Shown piece after piece: positions 1 through 8,698 of a stretch of DNA of 32,000 nucleotides. Location of the stretch: positions 540,001 through 572,000 of the forward strand of contig OY970350.1 in the NCBI GenBank assembly GCA_963718045.1. Direction: 5' to 3'. This DNA comes from Candidatus Saccharimonadota bacterium. Its GTDB lineage: Bacteria > Patescibacteriota > Saccharimonadia > Saccharimonadales > UBA4665. The notes beneath the pieces were generated by a model. The model was not told where the DNA came from. It did not search any database and saw only the letters and a list, made by a program, of their open reading frames with translations. Positions within the stretch are counted from its first letter, which is position 1. Each line of letters starts with the position of its first letter. Position numbers and translations under genes: made by a program.

Positions 1-199
1 TTATAGCCAGGGCCATCTTTGAGCCCCAGTAGTAACTAAGAGCGGTATAGACTAATGCGCCGGCTACGCCGCCGTAAAAGACACTCATGGAGCCGTTTAG
101 AGTCTTAGTAAACAGCCAGATAATGGCCACCACGAATATAACGAAGAAGGCCATAATGTATATGGTACGCCTTTTGTTTTGGCCAATGTCCTTATACAT
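1..199 (-). CDS. HtpX-like (M48) membrane protease, N-terminal fragment running off the window start
   Basis: Own translation from the ATG at 197-199 on the minus strand gives MYKDIGQNKRRTIYIMAFFVIFVVAIIWLF...ALSYYWGSKMALAI, open to base 1. It is absent from the ORF track because it is truncated. A basic N-terminus, a TM helix and an S-K-M-A-L stretch resemble HtpX N-termini. It starts 4 nt after the lemA stop, and lemA-htpX adjacency is common. Confidence 0.4.
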   Translation of the reverse strand, partial: MYKDIGQNKRRTIYIMAFFVIFVVAIIWLFTKTLNGSMSVFYGGVAGALVYTALSYYWGSKMALAI

Positions 200-203
200 G
201 TTT

Positions 204-779
204 TTAAGAGTTAAAGTTTACCTCTACTGGCTGGCTGGCAGCTTGGGTTTCTGACTCATCAAGTTCAAAGTAGTCTTTGTCTTTATTGAAATGGAGCATT
301 TGAGCGAAGACTTTAGTTGGGAATTTCTGCCTTTTGGTGTTGAAGTCTTTAACTTCATTGTTATAAAAACGTCTGGCAGCCTGAATTTTGTCTTCTGTGT
401 CTGTTAGTTCACCCTGGAGCTCCCTAAAGTTTTCACTAGCCTTTAGATCGGGATAGTTTTCAGCGACAGCAAACAGGCTTTTCATGGTTTGGCTGAACTG
501 GTTTTCGGCTTTGGCTGTCTCTTTTACACCGTTGGCATTAATAGCCTCGGTTCGGGCTTTAGTGACATCCTCAAAGACTGTTTTTTCGTGTTTGGCATAA
601 CCTTTGACAGTGTTAACAAGATTAGGAATTAGATCGTACCTTCTCTTTAGCTGGACTGTTATGTCACTCCAGGCTTCATCTGCCCGCTGATTTAAGGTAA
701 CCAGTCCGTTATACATGACAACCACGGTTATGACAGTAAGGACAACAATAACGACGATTATTATTAATAAGACTTCCAC
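204..779 (-). CDS. lemA: LemA family membrane protein
   Basis: N-terminal TM helix followed by YNGLV...EAWSDI..QLKRRYDLIPNLV, the typical LemA core. The ORF track starts at a TTG at 794. A GTG at 777-779 preceded by GGAGG (788-792) with an 8-nt spacer is the more likely start. Confidence 0.85.
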   Translation of the reverse strand: MEVLLIIIVVIVVLTVITVVVMYNGLVTLNQRADEAWSDITVQLKRRYDLIPNLVNTVKGYAKHEKTVFEDVTKARTEAINANGVKETAKAENQFSQTMKSLFAVAENYPDLKASENFRELQGELTDTEDKIQAARRFYNNEVKDFNTKRQKFPTKVFAQMLHFNKDKDYFELDESETQAASQPVEVNFNS

Positions 780-900
780 GTTTTTAGCCTCCAATTTCTT
801 TTATATGCCTTCTATTATATCCCGGAGACGGCCAAGGAACCAATCCTTTTATGCGGGGCGCCTAGTGAGAGGTAGCTTAAATTGTTATTATGAAAGCTAG

Positions 901-2151
901 ATGAAAAAAAGAGCTGATAATAAGCGTAAGTTATGGCCGTTTGTTCTTATAGGCCTGGTTTTAGTTATAGCCCTATATGTTTCCTGGGTATATTTTGTAT
1001 CTGAGCCGGTAGTTAGCCCTAGTTTTAGGGTTAAAGATATATCGGCAGTTGTGCCGGCTAAAAGTTTAGCCTGGTCCAGTGGAACCCAAGCGGCTGTTGG
1101 TCTAGACAGCTCAGGTGTAGTGGCAACCTCTGGCACTCAAAAACCAGTGGCCATGGCTTCTGAAGCCAAGCTAATAACGGCTCTATGTGTACTTAATAAG
1201 TATCCTTTAGCCTTAAACGAGGCTGGGCCAACTATTACTTTAGGCCCATCTGATGTTGCCATATATGCCAAGTACCAATCCGAAGATGGTTCTGATCTGG
1301 TAGTTGTAAATGGTGAAAAGTTAAGCGAATACCAAATGCTTCAGGCCATGCTGCTGCCTTCAGCCGATAATATTGCTGATTCTTTGGCTATCTGGGCCTT
1401 CGGATCTTTGCCTAATTATTCGACATATGCCAATCAATATGTTAAAAGCCAGGGTTTAAGTGAAACAGCTATTGGACCAGATGCCAGCGGTTTTGATCCT
1501 GGTTCTACGACAACTGCAGCTAATCTGGTCAGTATTGGACAGTTAGTTATGGCGAGCCCAGTGCTTGCTAACATTGTTGGCCTGCCTTCAGCTACTGGTT
1601 TTTCTGTTGTCGGCACTATTAAAAATGTTGATGGTGAACTTGGCAAAGATAATATTATTGGTATTAAAACCGGCAATACCAATCAGGCAGGCGGTGTATT
1701 CTTATCCGCCTCAAAGATTACCGTTAACGGTAGCCCGTTAATTGTCTATACAGCTGTTATGCAGGCATCAACACTGTTTGATGCCTTGGCCTACAGCCTG
1801 CCTCTGGTTTTATCTGTTCAAAGCAACTTCACTAGTGTGCCTGGTGTCTCTTCACTTCCAAGTGGACTGGAAGTTGCTGAATATACAGTGCCTTGGAGTA
1901 ATAAGAAAACACCGGTTGTTGTCTCTCGGCCTATAGAATTAACCTCTTGGGGTGGCAGTAGGGTTATTAGTACAATTTCATTAGATAAAATTTCAGATGA
2001 TGATCAGATGGGCCAGGTTGTTGGTCAGATAGTAATAAAAAGTTCGTTACTTAATGGCTCAGTTACAAATAGCCTAATTCTTAGCCAGGCTATTAGCCCG
2101 CCAAGTAAAGCATGGCTGTTATTACATCCGCAGTCTTTTATACATTTATAG
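901..2151 (+). CDS. D-alanyl-D-alanine carboxypeptidase (serine peptidase S11 / PBP5-like)
   Basis: N-terminal TM anchor and the three penicillin-binding motifs in the correct order: S-E-A-K (SxxK), S-A-D-N (SxN) and K-T-G-N. Confidence 0.8.
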   Translation: MKKRADNKRKLWPFVLIGLVLVIALYVSWVYFVSEPVVSPSFRVKDISAVVPAKSLAWSSGTQAAVGLDSSGVVATSGTQKPVAMASEAKLITALCVLNKYPLALNEAGPTITLGPSDVAIYAKYQSEDGSDLVVVNGEKLSEYQMLQAMLLPSADNIADSLAIWAFGSLPNYSTYANQYVKSQGLSETAIGPDASGFDPGSTTTAANLVSIGQLVMASPVLANIVGLPSATGFSVVGTIKNVDGELGKDNIIGIKTGNTNQAGGVFLSASKITVNGSPLIVYTAVMQASTLFDALAYSLPLVLSVQSNFTSVPGVSSLPSGLEVAEYTVPWSNKKTPVVVSRPIELTSWGGSRVISTISLDKISDDDQMGQVVGQIVIKSSLLNGSVTNSLILSQAISPPSKAWLLLHPQSFIHL

Positions 2152-2161
2152 TCAGTTATAT

Positions 2162-2248
2162 TGGTGGGCGAGGAGGGACTCGAACCCTCACGACCTTACG
2201 GTCAGAAAATTTTAAGTCTTCTGCGGCTGCCAGTTACGCCACTCGCCC
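2162..2248 (-). tRNA. tRNA-Leu (anticodon UAA), type II with long variable arm, CCA encoded
   Basis: The reverse complement folds by hand: acceptor GGGCGAG/CTCGCCC, anticodon stem GAAGA/TTTTC, loop CTTAAAA, variable arm TGACCGTAAGGTCGT, T arm GAGGG-TTCGAGT-CCCTC, then ACCA. Confidence 0.9.
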
Positions 2249-2728
2249 TTGCCTATATGTACCCTTATTTTTACCACGATGTGTGGACTGAAGGCTATGA
2301 CAGTTAGGACAAAGTATTCTCAAATTTTCTATCCTATTGTCAAAATGATTACCGTTCATATGGTCTAGTTCTACAGGTGTGCGTCCATCTAATGACTTCT
2401 TTGACCAGCCACATAGTTCACATTCAGGTGTCTTCAATCCCGCAGTGTATAGCCTCGTCTTCAGATCATTACTCTGCGTCCATCTACCTTTTACTAGTAC
2501 TTTTTCTAGTGGTATAGGTGGATGGGTAACTACATGTAGGCCAATACTCCACCCCATACCTAAGAAATGGGACATGTCTAAGTCGAGCGCTTTAATTGCT
2601 CGTTGTACTTGGTCATAATTACCACCAGCCGGTATAAGATTTAATTTTATTATGACTTGCCGGTAGCTTTTAGAAGTCTTAACCGCCTCTGTTAACTGCT
2701 CGTCCGTCCAAGATCTATGTGTAGGCAT
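2234..2728 (-). CDS. HNH endonuclease (homing-endonuclease-like)
   Basis: C-terminal CELCGW...ELDHMNGNHFDNRIENLRILCPNCH is a classic HNH/zinc-finger nuclease core. The last 15 nt, including the stop codon, overlap the 5' end of tRNA-Leu on the same strand. Confidence 0.85.
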   Translation of the reverse strand: MPTHRSWTDEQLTEAVKTSKSYRQVIIKLNLIPAGGNYDQVQRAIKALDLDMSHFLGMGWSIGLHVVTHPPIPLEKVLVKGRWTQSNDLKTRLYTAGLKTPECELCGWSKKSLDGRTPVELDHMNGNHFDNRIENLRILCPNCHSLQSTHRGKNKGTYRQGRVA

Positions 2729-2790
2729 AACCGCCTATCGTACCACTTGGTAAAAATATTGCAAGTATTATTAATAGGTTGTTAAAGAAC

Positions 2791-2864
2791 TGGAGGCGCC
2801 TACCAGAGTTGGACTGGTCTTTGAGCTTTTGCAGAGCTCCGCGTAACCGCTCCGCCAAGGCGCC
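2791..2864 (-). tRNA. tRNA-Cys (anticodon GCA), CCA encoded
   Basis: Acceptor GGCGCCT/AGGCGCC, anticodon stem GAGCT/AGCTC, loop CTGCAAA, 4-nt variable loop, T arm ACCAG-TCCAACT-CTGGT. It has the G13:A22 D-stem mismatch typical of tRNA-Cys. Confidence 0.85.
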
Positions 2865-3052
2865 ATCTAATAAGATATATTAGCAAAAAGAAAGGTTTTT
2901 AGGGCATTTAACTAGTTAGTCTAGGGTTCCGTGAAGATACTTCTTGCTTTTTAACCATGAGGCTGCTGCGGCAATTAAACAAGCTACTATGCTGAGATCT
3001 AGGCCGGTAGATATTTTAAAGCTTAAACAATAAGAGATTTTAAGATAAAATT

Positions 3053-3568
3053 ATGTCCATGAAAGATAAGGGTTTTGGAATCACTGAGCTGCTTATTGCC
3101 GTTGCTATACTGGCTATCATTGTAGTCGGCGGCTTACTGGTATATAAGCACGAAAATAAGGCTCCAGCTGGACAAAGTCATACGGTGAATGCCCAGACTA
3201 CTTCAGTAGCTAACAGTGCCTACGCTGTATTGTCTCCGGCAACTGTGCCGTCAAAGACAATGGAATGTAGTTTAGGCATAACTTATGCCGGCAACGGTGT
3301 GCCTGGCCCCGTGCAGTGCTCTAACGGAGATTTAAACTCAACCGAATGGAATGCTTTGGCAGCTCTTGAGCCTTCGGTCTTAATGCTTGGCTATAACGTT
3401 AACGCCAGCCAAGTACAAACTGCTTTATGCAATGATGTCTCAGCAAATATTAGTAACCCGATTGAGCTAACTGTTTACCAAATTGCAAGCCTGTATTACG
3501 GTTGGAACTTTAGCAGTAATCCTAGTGTGGTTTTAACTAATGGCACTTGCAACAATGTTGACGATTAA
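3053..3568 (+). CDS. Type IV pilin-like protein (prepilin-type N-terminal cleavage/methylation domain)
   Basis: N-terminus KG|FGITELLIAVAILAIIVVGG has G-1, F+1, E+5 and a hydrophobic helix. There are four Cys in the C-terminal globular part. Confidence 0.8.
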   Translation: MSMKDKGFGITELLIAVAILAIIVVGGLLVYKHENKAPAGQSHTVNAQTTSVANSAYAVLSPATVPSKTMECSLGITYAGNGVPGPVQCSNGDLNSTEWNALAALEPSVLMLGYNVNASQVQTALCNDVSANISNPIELTVYQIASLYYGWNFSSNPSVVLTNGTCNNVDD

Positions 3569-3785
3569 GACTAGCCTGTATGAGCGCTAAACTATCAGGC
3601 ACCTTTATGACTTTGTCGCTTTAAAAATAAATAGAAAACTTCTTAAGTCTATAAGCGGCAGAGGACTTTCAGGCTATCTTGATTGTATCGAAAATTCTTA
3701 CAGATTTTAGCAAGGTGAAGGTGGATAGTAGTAGATGTGCATGGGAGCGATGGAATATAACTGCTATCCCATTAGTGTAACGAGC

Positions 3786-3812
3786 ACGAAAAATCCCACA
3801 CTTAGTGGGATT
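3786..3812 (-). terminator. Rho-independent terminator downstream of the ABC exporter operon
   Basis: On the minus strand AATCCCAC-TAAGT-GTGGGATT is followed by TTTCG. That is an 8-bp stem running into a U tract, about 25 nt after the permease stop at 3837. Confidence 0.7.
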
Positions 3813-3836
3813 CTATGTATATATTGGTAAATATAT

Positions 3837-4571
3837 TTATTTTTGTCTACGAATTGTAATAGAGCCTAGTATTAAGGCGGCAATCCCAAACAATGCCACT
3901 ACTATTAAGTCTTTAGTTAGTTCATGTGTCCATGAAGCATGCAGTGTCACCTGTTTCATTGCGCCAACACTGTATGTAAGCGGCATAATATCGGCAAACC
4001 ACTGCAGTAATCTGGCCATTTGCTCCCTGGCAACAAAAAGCCCGCAAGTTAGTATCTGCGGAAAGATAAATGCCGGCATAAACTGGATTGCTTGAAACTC
4101 GGTTGTTGCGAAAGCGCTTAGGAATAGACCAAGAGAGGTTCCTAGGAAGGCCGCAAATACTACGGCAATAAGTGTTGGAATTGTACCCCCCAGCACAGTT
4201 ACATTAAGCAGGCCTAGCATAACGCCTCCGGAAATAAGCGCCTGACAAAAACCTAAGAAAGAAAAAGCTATGGCGTATCCAAAAATGAAATCTACCTTTG
4301 TCATGGGCGTGGTCATTAGCCTATCTAAAGTTCCGGTTGTTCTTTCCCTTAAAGTAACGACGGACGTTATTAAGAACATCATAACCATTGGGAATATACC
4401 GAGTAACATCGGTGCGACACTATTGAAAACCTTTGGTTCTCCCTGAAAGACGAATTTCATAATGGTTAATAGTATTGGTGGAACTACGAACAGTAATGCA
4501 ACTGTCCTTAGGTCGTGACTTAATTGCCTTAAAACTCTAAAAGCTGTAGAAAATGTTCGGCTTGGACTCAT
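3837..4571 (-). CDS. ABC-2 type transporter permease
   Basis: A polytopic membrane protein of about 6 TM helices. It overlaps the upstream ATPase gene by 4 nt. Size and hydrophobicity pattern fit the ABC-2 exporter family. Confidence 0.8.
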   Translation of the reverse strand: MSPSRTFSTAFRVLRQLSHDLRTVALLFVVPPILLTIMKFVFQGEPKVFNSVAPMLLGIFPMVMMFLITSVVTLRERTTGTLDRLMTTPMTKVDFIFGYAIAFSFLGFCQALISGGVMLGLLNVTVLGGTIPTLIAVVFAAFLGTSLGLFLSAFATTEFQAIQFMPAFIFPQILTCGLFVAREQMARLLQWFADIMPLTYSVGAMKQVTLHASWTHELTKDLIVVALFGIAALILGSITIRRQK

Positions 4572-5293
4572 TCTGTCTCACTTTCTACCAGTTTTATAAA
4601 GCTTTCTTCAATTGTTTTAGTTCCTGTCTGCCTTTTCAGTTCATCAGGCGTCCTATGGGCAATTAATTTACCCGCCCTTATTAGGATGAGATCATCACAT
4701 CTTTCTGCTTCATCCATAGAGTGACTGGATACGAGAAGTGTTGTTCCCTGGGATTTTAATTTATTAAAAAGCTTCCATAGACTATCTCTTAAGACTGGGT
4801 CTAGGCCAATTGTTGGCTCATCCAGGGCCATAAGTCTTGGCGAACCGATAAGAGCCACAGATAGAGAAGCTCTTTGTTTTTGCCCTCCAGAAAGATTTTT
4901 TACAAGGGTATTTGCTTTATCTGACATATCTACTTCTTTAAGGACATTTTTTATTATTTCTTTCGTATTCTTACTGTAGCCCATCATTGAAGCGAAATAT
5001 CTTAAGTTTTCCTTAACAGTTAGGTCCGGATATACAGAAAGTTCTTGTGTCATATAACTCATCTGGGTTCTAAGTCTTGCGTCGCCTGCCGGTAAGCCAA
5101 AAATCTCAATGCTTCCCGAAGTAAGTTTTAGCCTGCCTACAATGCTGCGAATTAAGGTTGTCTTGCCAGCTCCTGAAGGGCCTATAAAACCAATTGACTG
5201 TCCAGTGGGTAATTCGACGCTTATATTTTTTAGGGCCTTAACACTGCCTCCTAGGGTAACTGACAGATTTTTTATTTTAATTGCCGTTTCCAT
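4568..5293 (-). CDS. ABC transporter ATP-binding protein
   Basis: Walker A GPSGAGKTT, ABC signature LSGGQKQR, Walker B LMALDEPT and an H-loop SSHSM. Confidence 0.95.
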   Translation of the reverse strand: METAIKIKNLSVTLGGSVKALKNISVELPTGQSIGFIGPSGAGKTTLIRSIVGRLKLTSGSIEIFGLPAGDARLRTQMSYMTQELSVYPDLTVKENLRYFASMMGYSKNTKEIIKNVLKEVDMSDKANTLVKNLSGGQKQRASLSVALIGSPRLMALDEPTIGLDPVLRDSLWKLFNKLKSQGTTLLVSSHSMDEAERCDDLILIRAGKLIAHRTPDELKRQTGTKTIEESFIKLVESETE

Positions 5294-5399
5294 AAGTTTA
5301 ATATATCAAAAAAGATTGAAAAACAGGCTTAAGAATCACTTCTTAAGACATGTGTTTAGTTTATCTTGAGTACGAATTCCTTGTTTTAGCTAATATTTA

Positions 5400-5789
5400 T
5401 CAAGCTAGAAGCCGTTTAACATGCTCAACAATATCACTTGTATTAACTTGGGATTTAATTAAATAGTCATCAACTTTTAATTTTTTAGCCCTTTGAATGT
5501 CACCGTCCTTATTTAACGCTGTGACCATAACTACTTTTATATTAGTTGTTTCAGGTGTATTTCTTAATATTTCCAGTACATCAAAACCATTTAAAACAGG
5601 GATCATGACATCTAGCAAAACAAGACTTGGATGAAAATCTAGGGCAGCTTTTAACGCTTCTTCTCCGTTAATTACAACTTTAACAGCAAATCCCTCGAGT
5701 CGCAGTAAGGTTAAGTATATTTCAGCCAAATCGCTGTTATCTTCTACTATTAGTATCCGCTTTTGTTCCTGATTGTTATTTACATCCAC
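5400..5789 (-). CDS. Stand-alone response regulator receiver domain (CheY-like)
   Basis: ILIVEDN acidic pocket, phospho-acceptor context LVLLDVMIP, conserved T (MVTA) and K (YLIKS). There is no output domain. The start codon is GTG. Confidence 0.85.
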   Translation of the reverse strand: MDVNNNQEQKRILIVEDNSDLAEIYLTLLRLEGFAVKVVINGEEALKAALDFHPSLVLLDVMIPVLNGFDVLEILRNTPETTNIKVVMVTALNKDGDIQRAKKLKVDDYLIKSQVNTSDIVEHVKRLLA

Positions 5790-5906
5790 AAGATGATATT
5801 AGCTCACTTATCCTCAAAGGTAAATATAAGCGGTATTTAAAATGCCTATAAGTTAATCCCTTGCTGGTATTATTAATGATCGTAAAAGTTGCCTGCCTTC
5901 TTGGTC

Positions 5907-6224
5907 CTACATTGCATCGATTGTTTCATAGACATCAACGCTGCCGCTACCATCCAAAACTAATGGGACCATTGAAGCAGCATGCTTTGCACTGTCCATA
6001 TCCGAGGCTTTAATGACGCTATAACCAGACACCTTATCACTGCCAGAATATTCTGATGAACCATCTTTTTTAACGGTTGCAACATTACTACATGGATTAC
6101 CGGCATCAATTAGGTCTTCTCCTCGCTGCTCCATCCATTCGTTCCAAGCCGCCATTTGTTTGTCACGGTCTTCTTTTGTCTTTCCCATTGAACCGCCGTG
6201 GTAAAGAAATAAATAATTTGGCAT
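5907..6224 (-). CDS. YciI-like / DGPF-domain protein
   Basis: The pattern YLFLYHGG...M..W..WM...G..L...G.P...SGYSVIKA.D.D.A resembles YCII-related domain proteins. A strong SD, AAGGAG, lies upstream. Confidence 0.55.
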   Translation of the reverse strand: MPNYLFLYHGGSMGKTKEDRDKQMAAWNEWMEQRGEDLIDAGNPCSNVATVKKDGSSEYSGSDKVSGYSVIKASDMDSAKHAASMVPLVLDGSGSVDVYETIDAM

Positions 6225-6355
6225 ATTAGTCTCCTTTAGTTATTCGGCAAAATATACTCTTAAAGATATAAGAAAGATGTGAGTTTACTTATAGTATTAA
6301 AAATTTAAAAAAGGTCTTAAACGCCAGAATATTCTCTGGAAAAAACAAAATTACG

Positions 6356-6976
6356 CTAAAGTGACTGGACTGTAAATTCTATTGATGGGGTACCAGCAGT
6401 AGTTATGCCGTTGACTGTTGTGTCATTGCTGTTAACTAGATCGCCGATATCATTCTCGGACATAGTACCTGCACTACTACTACTTGTGCTACAGTTCGTC
6501 TCTCCGCTATTTTGAGAATAGGCTATATAAAAGCTCGGGAACTGCTTAACTAAGGCTCCTGGCGTGTTATAGATAGTGGCGTCAGAAGGATACTGACCAT
6601 CAACTCTTGATAGGCTAAGTAAAGGCATTTGGGAAGCACTACAGTCAGTGGGGTCAAGATTGGTTAACGATGTAGTGGAAAGACCTACCTCAACACTGGT
6701 TTCATTATTATATGGAGTCTGATTAGTTACGGCATACGTTAAATCTTCAAGAGCAGTCGGAACTGTAATAGAAATACCTAGAGGAGTAATTGGGATTGTA
6801 TAAGTAGTTGGGCTTGATTTTGATGTTTTAGATACCGTAGTTGACACGGTAGTTACAGTCTTGTGGTCATTGTGATAAACAATGTAGCTTACCCCGCCTA
6901 TTACTACTAAGATTAATATTACTAATAGAGTTTCTACTAAAGTGAAGCCTTTTTGGTTTTTAGATATTTTATTCAT
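6356..6976 (-). CDS. Type IV pilin-like protein (prepilin N-terminal domain)
   Basis: N-terminus KG|FTLVETLLVILILVVIGG has G-1/F+1/E+5. The C-terminal domain is S/T-rich. Confidence 0.8.
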   Translation of the reverse strand: MNKISKNQKGFTLVETLLVILILVVIGGVSYIVYHNDHKTVTTVSTTVSKTSKSSPTTYTIPITPLGISITVPTALEDLTYAVTNQTPYNNETSVEVGLSTTSLTNLDPTDCSASQMPLLSLSRVDGQYPSDATIYNTPGALVKQFPSFYIAYSQNSGETNCSTSSSSAGTMSENDIGDLVNSNDTTVNGITTAGTPSIEFTVQSL

Positions 6977-7058
6977 AAGTACATATTAGCATAAGCATAA
7001 TGGAGCAGCAGTTGGAAAAAAGTTTACTCCTTGCATTAGATATAGGGCTGAAGGCTAA

Positions 7059-7769
7059 CTAATTTTCAGCTAAAGAACTGATAATTTGCTCAGCCTTTTG
7101 AACTTCTTGAAATGAAGAAAATTCACTAGGAGAAAAACAATCCAGAGTCTGGTCAAATGAGAGGCCAGATGTGTTAGTTGTCTTTGTATAGTCTCCATCT
7201 ATATTAAGGTCTGTTCCAGCTAACGATGTTGGGATAATAGAACTACCTATATTGCCCGAGCTATAGTTCATGTCACTTCCGTAAATATCCATTACCTCGC
7301 AAGTACTAGGACTCTGACCTGGTAGTAGGGGAGTTTCCATTATCAAAGCATAAAGTGATTTAGGAAAAGCGGAATCAGTGAGAGCATTCGAAGAGTAAAC
7401 AGTTTCTTGGGTAGGTATGTACTGTGAAGATGTTAAATAAGCAGTAAGAGAGAGATCGAATTGGTAATCTGTGCCATTAATACTGCGTGATGGAGAAATC
7501 ACCGTGACTGATTGGCTGGTGGGTTCATTTTCACTGGTTGTTACCGTCCAATTACTTGGGTACTTGAACGATACCGGACTTAAAGAGGAATAAGTATTCC
7601 ATCCCGCATAAGGGCTAGTTAGAGCAGTCGTCTTGGTGGTGCTAGTAGTTTTCTTATGATCTGTATGATATACGTACCAGCCAGCAAAGCATACTACGAT
7701 AATGATTAGTACGATGAGCAAGGCCTCCACAACGGTAAAGCCCTCTTCGTTTTTAGATATTATATTCAT
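7059..7769 (-). CDS. Type IV pilin-like protein (paralog of 6356-6976)
   Basis: N-terminus EG|FTVVEALLIVLIIIVV. The first residues (MN.ISKN..GFT.VE.LL) and about 50 nt of upstream sequence are shared with the neighbouring pilin gene. Confidence 0.8.
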   Translation of the reverse strand: MNIISKNEEGFTVVEALLIVLIIIVVCFAGWYVYHTDHKKTTSTTKTTALTSPYAGWNTYSSLSPVSFKYPSNWTVTTSENEPTSQSVTVISPSRSINGTDYQFDLSLTAYLTSSQYIPTQETVYSSNALTDSAFPKSLYALIMETPLLPGQSPSTCEVMDIYGSDMNYSSGNIGSSIIPTSLAGTDLNIDGDYTKTTNTSGLSFDQTLDCFSPSEFSSFQEVQKAEQIISSLAEN

Positions 7770-7930
7770 GAATACATTCTAGCATAAGCATAATGGTGCA
7801 GCAGGTCTTAAAAAGTTACCACGAAATCAGAGATGAAATAATTCGTTGGAGACAAATACTAGAAGTGCCCTATCAAGAATACCTGCAAGCTCAGGCTAAT
7901 TAGGTGAGGGCTGGGAGTTACACGGTAAAA

Positions 7931-8698
7931 TTACCGAGCCATAAGCTTTAGCCTAACAGCTCTTGGCAATAATGCAGTACAATCTGCTTCACTTGTTAGG
8001 CGAGCTAAGTTGTCCCATATCGCTAATCGTATATCCTCTGGTGTTTTCGCAAAGTGCTGAGCGAGCTCATCTTCAACTACAGTGACCTGGCCAGGACGCG
8101 CATTGCGGCTACCACGACGATCACCAAAGGGATGATCCGTTTCCGTGAGCACTCGATCGAGCGGTATTTGTTTGAGCACATCTTCTCGATGAACAGATGA
8201 TGTATTAAGCGAAAAAAAGCAACCAAGCTCAATAGCACGTTGGGTCTGTTGTATATCTCCAAGCCACCAATGAAGAACCACTCCCTTTGACTTTGGTTGA
8301 GCTTCAAGTGCATCAATTACAAGGTCGGTTGCCATATAGCTATGAACACTGACAATGCGCGGTGTATTCTGGAGTTCCTGAAGTATGGCCTTAAATGTAG
8401 CCAACTGGGTATTCATCGGTACTTTAGAACTGCCATCAAGACCAACTTCGCCGACAAAAGGTGTACGCTGTATCAGTGTCTTAAAACGCTTGCGCTCAAA
8501 AGCCTTTTGAGCATCCATCAAACCAGGATGACAGCCTGCACCCCAGATAGTTTGTTCGTCACTGCGCAAAGTTGCAGTAGTAGCTTCATCCAGAGAACGA
8601 GTTGCTGCAAATATAACTGCTCCGAGTTGACGTAATTCAAACTGAGGAATATTTATATCCAAGTGAGCATGGAGATCAATAGATGGCAGCTGCCTCAC
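7931..8698 (-). CDS. qatD: QatD, TatD-family metal-dependent hydrolase/DNase
   Basis: Contains the IDLHAHLD motif (TatD H-x-H) and an ETDHPF motif. It is the last gene of a 4-gene overlapping operon whose order matches QatABCD. Confidence 0.8.
   Translation of the reverse strand: MRQLPSIDLHAHLDINIPQFELRQLGAVIFAATRSLDEATTATLRSDEQTIWGAGCHPGLMDAQKAFERKRFKTLIQRTPFVGEVGLDGSSKVPMNTQLATFKAILQELQNTPRIVSVHSYMATDLVIDALEAQPKSKGVVLHWWLGDIQQTQRAIELGCFFSLNTSSVHREDVLKQIPLDRVLTETDHPFGDRRGSRNARPGQVTVVEDELAQHFAKTPEDIRLAIWDNLARLTSEADCTALLPRAVRLKLMAR

Noticed and set aside
715-1136. ORFs 715-900 (+) and 897-1136 (-)
   Set aside because: The first overlaps the lemA start region antisense and the second lies antisense within the carboxypeptidase gene. 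Both translations are repetitive (TTT/II) or lack any motif, so they are spurious.
3805-4095. 96-aa plus-strand ORF overlapping the ABC permease
   Set aside because: It is antisense to a convincing polytopic permease and begins inside the terminator hairpin. Nothing independent supports it.
7793-7806. ATGGTGCAGCAGG as a tRNA-Gly 3'-end (TGGTGCGGG) att remnant
   Set aside because: The same block (ATGGAGCAGCAG) is present upstream of the paralogous pilin gene at 6999-7010. It therefore belongs to the duplicated pilin promoter and is not an integration scar.
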